This document shows positions 53,501-64,000 of a stretch of DNA of 64,000 nucleotides, piece by piece. The number at the start of each line of letters is the position of its first letter. Within the stretch, counting starts at the first letter, position 1. Below the pieces are notes generated by a model. It was not told where the DNA came from. It did not search any database and was given only the letters and a program-made list of their open reading frames with translations. Source of the DNA: Reclinomonas americana ATCC 50394 (lineage: Eukaryota); contig PS015432.1 in assembly GCA_048213135.1 (NCBI GenBank), positions 1-64,000 of the forward strand, read 5' to 3'. A program made the position numbers and the translations under genes.

Positions 53501-56500
53501 CAGAAATGGCTCTCTCTCTCTCTCTCTCTCTTACCTGTGCGGAATTCCGATTCGTATTGAATCGAGTCCGACGAGTGAGACGAGTGCATAGCTCGACGTG
53601 CGCGCAGACGCGTGTGCACTCGTCGCACGACAGCCTTGGGGATGCGGCTAAACAATGACGCCACACTGCGGATGGCAGAGGATTTGTGAGGCACTCCATT
53701 TCAATGTCCACAGCAGTTAAAAAGTCAGCAATCTAGGCGCAACTCTCCACGCTCCTTCATGGCGCTTCGGAACGACGGAATGGTGACAAAGATCAGGAAC
53801 ACGATCAGCAGCACGCATACGGCCGCCGCCAGAATGCCAGAAGTGAGGACAAGTCGATCGGTGTTTCGGGAGACAATCTGCGACGCATATGAGCACCAAT
53901 AGTGGAGAAGGCGAGGCGTGAGGATCAGAGAGATACGTAACATCTTTGAAGACATCGGTGGATGAACTGTATGCGGCCGTTACGCGCTGCACATTATCTC
54001 GTTGGAAGCGCATTGCTGCATTGCAGCGCAGCGGAGACTCGGTGGAGCCGGTGGCAAGACACTGCACCCGTGGTGAGGCACAATCACGGGAACTAAAGCA
54101 CGCTGAGGGTACTCAACTGACAAGATGTACTTGGTCGACATGTCAATCTCGTGGACCATGTCGGCCAACGTGCGAGTAATGCTGACAGCAGTGGTGGTGC
54201 CTGGAAGTCCTGTGGGGAACCACAGATCCACTGGCATGCGAAGTTGTTGTCGCATCTCAACTTCGGGCGCCACCAGATGGAATTGCGCGAGGATTGACAC
54301 CAACTACAAGCGTGCAGTGAGCATCTCGACAAGTTGCTACGTGCATGCACACGCTTGGTTGCAAGCGCACCTGTGTTCCGACACCATTCAGGAAGAGGAC
54401 CAACGGAGATGTTGTCGCCAGTGGGGTTAATATGTCACTCCGTGCCGCTGCCGCCGAGGCCACCACCACATAGTCGACAGCCCATGCTGTACAGGGGAAT
54501 GGGTAAGCTTACATGCGGCAGCAAGGGGAAAAAGATGGAGTGATGCCACAAACTCACCAAAGCGACTCGAAAGAGCGTAGCTGTACAACCAGAGAATGTA
54601 CGAGTACAGACTGGCACCCCTGTTAACGTCGACCGAGGCATTGGGATCAAACTGCGGCTGAATCGACAGCACGGCCACCACAAACAGCGACACTAGCATT
54701 GCGACGAAAACCAACACGATGCCGAGCTGCGTCATGCATGCACCAGTGTTACACACACGATTGTTGCGCTCAACAAGGACACATCTTTACCGACTGCATC
54801 TTGAGTCGTAGAATGGCGGCCGATTCGCGCGACTGAAGGCGGCTGCGCAGCAGCTCCAGCTGCATGCGTTCGCGCTGTGTAGCCAGCGTGTTTTGTCCTT
54901 CGACCACCTTGTTGCGATTCCTTGCCCGTGCAGTCTGTGTGCTTGTTAGCAGAGAAGAAATGACACCACTGGTTGCACCACAAGACGCGTGCACGCAACT
55001 CTGAGGTCCGGTGCGGCAGGATCCAGTGCGTCGAGCTCCCCATCGAAGCGCAGCATGGCACTTCGTGGACGAGACTGCCGGTCGTTGGTTGTGGTCCCGG
55101 TGTCGGCTGGTGACAGACCGTGGCCGATGGGCACCAGAGGCGACACTGGCGATGCCAGGTCTCCCAATCCCACACCTCCATGGCCCCGTCCACCCCCGTC
55201 TTCTCTGCCTTCCCTTCCGCTCATGCTCAAGTCGTCGCCAACCAAGGCGCTCGACTGAATACGATCGAGAGACACCGATGAATGAGGTGACATGGCATCG
55301 ATGGCCTCGGCGGCCTCGGCGGCGGCTGCTGCAAGGCCACCGCCAGGCACCATTTCAGCACGCGCACTGAGCGCCACCGCGTCGGCACCTGACATGCTGC
55401 CGGCACCTAGTGCGAGTGGCTGCATGGCAAACGAGTGCGCTTCGATGCTGTCATCGCGCGAGGCATCCATGGAGAGCGCCTCGGCACGTGAACCCGTGTG
55501 TCCAGGTCGCATGCCACGCTTGCCACGCCGTGCGGTCCACCACAGCGATGCACGTCGAACGGCGGCCTGTGCTTGACTGCCACCGGCACCTGCTGCGGCC
55601 ACACTGCGCACCGGCTGCGTGTCGCTCGACTGGCTGTCGCCACCTGCGTCGGATCCAACAGTGGCCAGCGAAGGCAGATGTGCCGGTGAGGTGAGTCGAT
55701 GTTCGGGACTGAGCACACCGTTGGGTGCTGCCAGCAGTGGCGTCGACACGCGCACTTGTTCACGGCGGGGATTCGACCGGAAGCCCAAATTGTCATCGTC
55801 GTCTGCGTTGTCGACTGCGTCTGAACCACCAATGCCACCGCGACTACCGTAGTCGCAGTCGCCGTCAGAACCCTCGTCGTCGTCGTCGTCGTGGCGCCCA
55901 GAAGCGTCGCCACTCTGATTGAGCATGTTGGGCAACCGCTGAATGTGATGCGACAGCCATTGCGTGTCGTCCATGTCGTGAGCGTCCGTGATTGCATTGC
56001 CACCATTCAGCGACGACGGAGGCGGTGGACGCCACATTGCGTCTTCCGTGAGTGGTCTGCGTTCCCGCACCGGTGGCAGCCACCGCTCCGTCGCCGACGT
56101 TCGGCGCTCATGTGCTCCTTCACCACTGCTGTCCGCACGAATGGGGGACAGCTGAAGAGCTCGCGCCACGCCGTCGTCGTTGCTCGACGATGCAGCACCA
56201 ACAGCGGCGACACCCACGGGCGGTAAGCGCGCGCTGCCGAGGCGAAGTGGCAGCTGAATGCCCAACGAGCTTGACACTCCGCGCGTCATCGGCGGCCGCG
56301 CCGGCTGCGACTGCGAGGAGACCAGGTGCTGCGGTAAGCCAGCAACGTGTGGACGCCGATGTTCAGAGGCCAGCCGTTCCGGTCGGGCTGCCACTCCGGA
56401 GCCCCAGCCACTGCCGCCCTCGTCGCCGTCGACATTGTCACCGTCGTCATCGTCATCGACATTGCTGTTGCCGTCGTCGCTGGTGCTAGCAAAGTCGGCC

Positions 56501-58983
56501 ACACCCGGTGGCTCCTCCGTGTCCACAAATGTTCTGATGACGAGAGTGGTAAGCCTGGCGTCGACAACCGAAGAACAAACAAGCGAGAGGACAAAGCAAG
56601 CACGCAACTCGTCCGCACGACGTCGATCGCGGGAGCGCTGAGTGCGCACCTCCACGGCGGCGTCGTCTTCTACGTCGTCGGCGCGCTGCATCAGGAGCTT
56701 CGAGAAAAGTGGACTGTAGGAGGAGTGAGAATGGTGAAAGCGGGATCGCGAAAGCACTGAGCGCAACTCGTTGTCAATGTCGTCAATGTAGCGAGCATAG
56801 GCTCTCAGCACTTGTGCAGAGCGCGGTGCGTCGGCCAATAGGCCGTCGAGCACGCCTCGCAGGCGCTCACTCTCGAATGCTGCCCAACGATAATTAGCGA
56901 CGAAGGAGGTCGATCGCGATACAGAGGAGGAGACGCACAGATTTCCCAGGTGACGCGAGCCAAGTGATTGTCGTCCAGAGTCGGTTTCATGAAAAGATCC
57001 CAGAAGGAGAGCATGTGACCCAGCAGTCGTTGATGCAGGTGCGTGGCGTACCGCACACGTCGGAACACACTGCGACTTGTTCCGTCGCCCTCGTTCAGCA
57101 TCTCCATGCGGACGTATCGGAAACACTGCACAAAGAAGCTGTAGTCGGGTTTCCAGGCCCACAGCGAGGTCTCGCCCAGCATCTACATCGAATCAAAGCG
57201 GGAGACGCGGGGTGGTCAGGAGTAGCGCCACAAGTACAAGACGAATTCGAAGGGACAACAGACCAGTGCGACTTTTGGCATCAACAAGGATCGCATCTGC
57301 TTGTTCGCCGTCTCCTCCAAGTACTGCGCATTCATCAGGCGCAGTCGCGCAGAGCTGGGGAAGCGCAAGTGTGCGCTGGCAAACATCTCGAGCGCCATGT
57401 CAAAGTCGATGCTGGAGATGGAGAAGCGCAGCCAGATTTCGAGCTCGCCATCCGAGTCGGCCTCGTCGACCAGTCGGTTGCAGAATTCCTCTTCCTGCTG
57501 CGCGGCTGCGTCCTCGCCCCATGCTTGCATCATTTCCTCGTCAGCATTGGCAGGGGCGGGTGCCACTCGACTCGAGATCTGCCATCACACAGTCAGTCGA
57601 CCGTGACATTGACGACAAGTGCTCCAGTTCGCAACCACACTCACCGCCGCCCGCGATCTCGAGGCCACCATCCCTAGCCGACGGACGACTTGGCGCTCAC
57701 GAAGTTTGATCAGGCCGGCTGCGATCTGCACGCACAGAGGTCGTCAGTTGCAGTCGACAACAGTCAAATAAGAAAATCGCAAGCACACCATGATGGCGAC
57801 AGCCACGCTTCCGGCGAGCGCATACGACGATCGGAACCACAATGATATGCCGGACAAGGAGGCGAAGGAGCCGACCAAGCAGACCAGCATGTTGGAGGCG
57901 GAGAAGGCGAACGGAAGTGATCGATAACTGGAGACGATGCATACGAATGAACGTGCAATTAAGTTAGAAGATCTGCACAGCGGACACTGTTCGCCACTCG
58001 ACGCAACGTGTAGAAGGCTCCGAGGATGCCCACCGTCAACAGGCTGGCAATCTACGTGTGGGAGGAGCAGGCGCGAGAAGATTCCGCGTCAATGGCATGC
58101 ATCCAAAGAGTAGTATGTTCGCAAACTGCACTCACCGCTGGAGTCTCCATGTCGATCGGTGCCAGCTGCGTCGCCACCAAAGCCAACTCTGCCAGTGCCA
58201 ACCACAGCAGCACGCGGCTGTGTGTACACACGCCAAAGTAGGACTTGGGGATCACACTTCGTCGTTGCATGAAGAGGGCGTACAACGGCACGGCCACCAA
58301 TTGGAGTGGGAGCATGCCGAGGCAGAGCAAAGCGAGGCTGGCGTGCCACGTAGTGAATGTCGACAATCGATTGCAGACCTCAGTCAAGTACAACAGCAGG
58401 ATGAGGCACAGGGGCCAGAACATGAACGCCAGAGGATGACACCAGGTCATGAAACGGAGCACAGTGGCGCTCTCCGATCGGCCGGCGCTGATGTGGTACT
58501 TGCGCACAGCCATAACCATGGAGATGGCGTAGAACAAGCCAATCACACATACGCCACTTGTTGCCACGAGGCAGCCAATCGATACGAAGTGATGCAGCCA
58601 GATCCAATTATTCAGGGGCATCACCCACCAGGCCGCAATGAGAAGCGATAGACCGAGATGTAGCGCCACCGACGCCGACACCAACCACTGTGGCCGCAGA
58701 GCATGTGTCTCCCTGTCCACACAAAGATGAAGACGACGGAGGGGGTGAGTCCAAGGACATACCGTCAACCAGATGCTATTCGCACGCACCTCACTAACAC
58801 CCACAAGAACTGCCGCGCGGAGTTCAGCACGGTGTGTGCTGGCTCCGTGTCGATGGTGGCGGCCATGGTGGCTGCATTCATCGAGGTGCCAGTGCTGGAG
58901 GCACGCATGGATGACGCCTTGAAGCCGGAGGTGGCAATCGAGTTGCGATGGCTGCCGGGTGTCGCCGAGCGCGCCGGTGTCAT
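50556..58983 (-). CDS. Large multi-TM class III adenylyl cyclase with TmcB/TmcC-like N-terminal region and PAS domain
   Basis: N-terminal TMs; helical region MLSFWDLF...[62 protein letters not shown]...[20 protein letters not shown]; catalytic [56 protein letters not shown]. Lys/Asp residues indicate ATP specificity. Confidence 0.9.
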
Positions 58984-59628
58984 GGTGTGTCGACCATGAC
59001 CAGCGAGAAGACCGCCTTGCCGCGGAGTGGCTGCGCGCACACGCAGAAAGAGGCACACGCACACACAGGAGAACGCATCATGAGTTGTCGCGTGGCAGTG
59101 TTTGGCTGATGATTCAGGGCTGATGCAAAGAAAACGCACCTGCGGTGCCAAACGGCATGTTTGCGCGTGGTCGTCTACCCACTGCTACTCACGTGGCCGC
59201 CACACGCACACAGAGAGAACAAACAACGCGACAGCAGATGAACTCTCGGCGGCGACTTGCTTCCTTTTCTCGCGGAAAGATGGAATTCTGAGAAAGGAAA
59301 ACCGACCGTTGAGTTGTCGCTACGTCCCGACCCGCATTTACCCTTTTTAGATGCCCAGCAATCAACAAACGTTCACTGTGAACTATTGATCCACGCGGGC
59401 TTGCGATGCATCGCCCGCGCAGCGATGCTGTCGAAGGTGACGGAAGCAATACTATAGGTGTGTTCGAGTGTTTCGGTGTTGAACGTTTTCCCAAAGCGTC
59501 CCCGTATCTCGTGCGACCAGGTCACGCACATCGATGGCGACGGCGTTGTGGCACGACGTCATGCACCACTCGTCGACCCGCAAGAGAATGGAGCATGAAA
59601 GATTCGCGCCATCTTCCCAGCATAACGG

Positions 59629-60928
59629 TCACACACCGCCAGCGCTAACGTTGCGGATCTCCCTCACACGATCGAATACCGTCGCACCCGCCGCCTGCAG
59701 CAGAGGCCGACTCCACTGTGCCCCGAGAATGCGCTGTATGTGTGGACCAGTGATCGCCGCTTCCGTCGCAGCGTGCCCAAGAACAAGCCTACAGGTAATC
59801 ACATCGAAATCATAATCAACGTTCTCACGCCGCAAAGTTTGATTGCGTTCGAGCACGCAACAGCGTGTCGAGATGCGACAGATATGCAGCTGGCTCAGCA
59901 ATGTGCGCGGCCACGTGTGCATCGACTGGCCATCGATCTCCGCTGCTGCCGGCATGCGTCTCGAGTTTGCCGCGCACACTCAGCCAGGCCAGGGTGGCGG
60001 CGAGAACGGCCCACTTGTCTGGCGCCGCATGCCACGGCGTGCGCAGCACAAACACCAAGAATGCGGCCTTGGCAAACACCCCTCCTCTTGCCGAATGTGC
60101 CAGGCGTGAGCCTGCGAACAGCGCCAGTTTCTCCTTGAACATGGCGACAACGTGACGCGCTCGTTCCACCGTGTGCAAGTCGCGCCACAGTGGGCACGCC
60201 AGCAGGAGACGCCCGAGTGCCGCACCACGCGCACTGAGCTGCAGGAAGACGCCATACTCGCCGGCCAGCTGCTCATCGCCATCGTCTAGCGCGCATCGTT
60301 GGAACGAGGCTCGACGATCGCCATCGCCCACCACGTGCAACAGCTCGTCAAACGCGCGCAGGCACACCAAACGAGCTCGCCAGTCCATCAGCGACACTCC
60401 TACTCGCTGCTCCAGCACTCGGCGTCGCTGCACCGCACACAAATGCGTTCGCAGACGACGACGCACCAGTCGTCGACACATGCGCAGTCTCAACACCGAC
60501 GAAGACGAAGAGGTGGAGGAGGTGCGAGGAATCGCTGCCTCTCCTCCTGTCCACAGGGCGCGGACAGCGTGCGGCACTCGACTCCTGTCTCCGTCCCCAT
60601 CATTGTCGCGACTGCTGACAGAGGATGATGCATGTGGAAAGGCGGTGCGGAGACGCGCATCGCATTCGCGTGCGACGTGCGACCACATGCGCTGTTCCAG
60701 CTCGGAGGGCACATGCAGGCTGTGCATGTGCTTGTGGTGAGAGGAAGAATGGTGGTCATAATCATCCGAGAAAGAGAGAGTACCTGGTGCGTGTGCTTGC
60801 CAGCGTCTCCAGCGCACTGTCCACGACATTGATGATCCTACAAGGGTGAGTGAGCGACGGAGCTGACAAGTGGCGAGTGTGTGTGTGTGTGTGTGTGTGT
60901 GCTCACTGTGATGCTTCCGCTGCCGCAT
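59629..60928 (-). CDS. Hypothetical protein
   Basis: 367-codon open frame with a (CA)n-containing first intron; 3' end uncertain (59825 or 59629); no recognisable domain. Confidence 0.45.
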
Positions 60929-60985
60929 CGATGTTCATTGTTTTCGACAACTCATCAACGACAGGACAGGGACCCGCAGGATTCG

Positions 60986-63329
60986 TCACTGCACCGTAAT
61001 GGCATCTGCTGCTGCCGCGCCTCCGACTGCACGAGCAGCGGCCACTGCCTGGGGCGCCTTCACCTTTTTGAGGCGCACGATTTCCTCGAAAATGACAGAG
61101 AAGACGAGCTTGAAGTGCTGCAGACAGTGCAGGCGCGCGCGCTCGGCCGACGGCAGCGTCACAGCGGCGGCGGAGAGCTCGTCCACCTCATTGACGACCC
61201 TCATGCAGGCAATGTAGTTGAGTTCGCTGTTGAGCGACACGAGCACGTCGACTTCGGGTGGCACCGCCGAGTCGACGTAGTACTCTGCAGGCGGAACGCG
61301 TGTCATTGCAGGAGCTGGTGGCGGGTCGGCGGTGATGGTATACGCGACGCAACGACGTGTGCTCACGCGGCTAAGCGCATGATTGCACATTAGCAGACGG
61401 CGAATGCTGTCCCAGCCCACCGGGCCCATGTCATTCACTGCCGACATAGGAGATGAGCGCACAGCCCACGTCACCCACGTGGTAGAGTCCTCCGCAACAC
61501 TCAATGTCGAGTTCCACCACCGACATGTTGTCCTCAAGTGCCGAGAACAGATCCACGATGCCCTCGTCATCGATCTTGTTGGCTGTGAGATGGACAACAT
61601 GAGCCACGTCCTTCCTCGCTCTGTTGCGGAGCGAAGGAAACGCAACACTTGAGCGACAACTTGGTAATCTGGTCCTTCTCGCGGAAGAACTGAGCGAATT
61701 CCTTGGCACCCGGCGTGCCAATCTCGTTCGACGTCATGTACAGCTTCCGCAGCGACACATTCTGCTCTCGCAACGCGCTCACAATCGCCCGTGCGCCCTC
61801 GTAACCAATGCGATTGCTGTCGAGAGCCACCCGACGAATCGTCGAATTCTGTGCAGGATGAGAATGCGAGTTGGCTCCGGCGTTTGCTGTCATGTTCGAC
61901 GACACCAGCACACCTCTCGCAGCAGCTGTCCCAGTGCAATACCGCCGTTGACTCGCAGACCATTGCCACTCACGTCCAGCGATCGCACGGTGCGATTGTG
62001 AGCCAGGCCCTGCGGCGTGCGGTGTGACTACAACACAGACATGTACAGCACCTCGAGGGGAGTTGAAAGCGATTACACACCTCGCACACGGCTCGCACAC
62101 CCACGTCCTTCAAGGCGCACCCATTAATGTGAAGCGAGGTGAGCTTCAGCTGTGGCGAGGCGAGTGCCGGACCAACGTGTGCCACCACGCCCTCGTGGCC
62201 CAACTCCATGTCTGACAATCGCACAAGCATGAGCAGACGCAGGTCAACAACAAAAAAGACAGAGAGTGCATGCACCGGTGACCACGAGCGTCTCGAGTGT
62301 GTCATTTGACGCCAGACACATTGCCAGAGCGCGGCAGGCAGCCATAGGATCCTGGCACTTGCTGGCCGACATGTTGAGCGACTTGAGCGTGTGATTCGTC
62401 GCCAACCATCGACACAGTGCCTCGATACCGGGAGCGCGACATGGGGTGACTGTACCGACTTGCATCAGCGCTGTGGAGGGAAGATAGAAAGAGAGAGAGA
62501 GAAAAAGGCGTACACTGCAGATCCAACGTCTCCAGCGCGCTGGCGTGCGCAAGTCCGTTCTCCACCAGCACATCCAGCAGGCGGCCAAACACCTTGTTAC
62601 CTGAAGCACATTCAACGAGAGGAGTCAAGCAACGGTGCACTTGCAATGTGCGTGCGCTCTCCCCAGCTCTCACCGTTCAGTCGGAGCCAGCGCAGAGTCG
62701 GAACAGATCGCAGCACGGCGCACAGTTGGTGTACCGATTCCTCATCGAATGTGTTGGCTGTTGGCTTTGCGTGAGCACCAGACAGCTACAGGAGCAAGAG
62801 GCAGAGAAGGATGCGGACCTGCCACGTTGAGTTCCTCCAACGAGGGATGGTTCTCGAGAGCCGCAAAGATCAGTCGCGCGGTCGACGGCTGCAAATGAGT
62901 GTCTGTCACGATACGACGAGTCAGTGAGGATCGAGTGAGTGAGGGCACTCGAGTGAAGCAACACTCAACAAGTCAAGTCGATGCGACGCAGTTGAGTGGG
63001 TCGAGTGGCCAGAGCCTCGGCCAGAGGTCGCGCCAGTGGTTCATACAATGGTTGACCTGACGCGATCAATCAACAATGAGAAACGACTGATGAATGCACA
63101 CGCACGACAGCTCCTTGTCTCTCTCTCTCTCTCTCTTGTGCGTGACGCAACGAGCCAGAATCAAGTTGGTGACTGCATCGCAATCCGTCACGCGCAGACG
63201 CGCAAAGAGCGCCTCGAAATCTTTGGGCGAGAACGCGCCCAACTCGGCCAACACCGTGTTCCGCTTGGGCCACACTGAGTCATCGTACACGCGCTCTTGT
63301 GCGCCCTCACCGCCCTCTTCCTCTGCCAT
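60986..63329 (-). CDS. RNI-like leucine-rich repeat protein
   Basis: Repeats LRRIDLT|YTHLQPSTARLIFAAL, IRRVALDSNRIGYEGARAIVSAL, LRKLYMTSNEIGTPGAKEFA, ITKLSLK|SNKIDDEGIVDLFSAL. Confidence 0.88.
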
Positions 63330-63392
63330 GTGAATGAAGAAAAGGTGGTATTTTTACTCCCCGAGACAACTCCCGCTCTTGTAACGGCTTCG

Positions 63393-63932
63393 TTATTCAT
63401 GTGCTGCGGGATCGAGCAGCTCGAGCCACTCGGCCTCGTGCTCGTCGGGCGCATCGATCTCTGCGTCGGCCACCGCACATGCAATGTGCCAGGCGGTCGC
63501 ACCGTGGGTGTTGGGTCGCGACAAATCCGCTCCGAACTCGTCAATCAGAACCCGCGCACACGCAATGTCGCGCAGACCGAGCAGTGCGGCCACGTGCAGT
63601 GGCGTGTGACCGGACACGTCGGCTGCCTGCTCGGTTCGATTGTAAGGGTGAGCATGCAGCTTGTACTAATGCCTATAGCTGGCAGTGCAACGAACGCAAC
63701 GTTGGGATCGGCACCGGCGCGCAGCAAGAGCCGCAACAGCTCGGGCGACGCCAGCGGAATGGCAAAGTGCAGCGCGGTATGTCCATCTACGTCGGCGACA
63801 TGCACGTCGGCACCGCGTTGCAGAAGCAGACTGGTCAGCTGGATGGTGGCGGACAGGTTTTGTGCATCGCTGCGATTGATACGACTCGCCGGCGACAGTG
63901 CATACAGCAACACCTGTCGAGAGGCGATGAGC

Positions 63933-63980
<48 letters not shown>

Positions 63981-64000
63981 GTACGAACGAACAACAACAC
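63393..64000 (-). CDS. Ankyrin-repeat protein, 3' part
   Basis: LLLQRGADVHVADVDGHTALHFA, LLLRAGADPN|AADVSGHTPLHVAA, FGADLSRPNTHGATAWHIA. Confidence 0.9.
63936..63979. repeat. (GA)n microsatellite, intronic polypyrimidine on the sense strand
   Basis: Uninterrupted GA run. Confidence 0.95.

Overview
Eukaryotic genomic DNA from a GC-rich, intron-dense, flagellated protist (taxon not identifiable from this window), with many N gaps and (CA)n/(GA)n microsatellites. Nearly all genes are split by short (about 60-100 nt) spliceosomal introns, so the ORF track shows only fragments; gene models below were spliced by hand. About 20 genes are supported, 17 on the minus strand, often only 57-190 nt apart: WDR78/DNAI4, a 7TM-RGS protein, an outer-arm gamma-type dynein heavy chain, an EF-hand protein, an acetate:succinate CoA-transferase, a PMP3 protein, an R2R3-Myb, an E50 homeobox gene invisible in the ORF track, Mis18/Yippee, a BLTP3-PH protein, a bacterial-type hydrolase with a PTS1, a TmcB/C-PAS-adenylyl cyclase, and LRR, ankyrin, TPR and ARM proteins. 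The most striking signal is in splicing. At least 31 introns use a +1-shifted 5' splice site (GTTGCG[T] x29, GTTGAGT x2) that lacks G+5 and almost never has G at exon -1. This looks like the normally rare shifted U1 pairing register being used as a major donor class. There are also several 9-17 nt microexons in core motifs, and a 43-bp perfect inverted-repeat element. No CRISPR, rRNA, tRNA or transposase was found.
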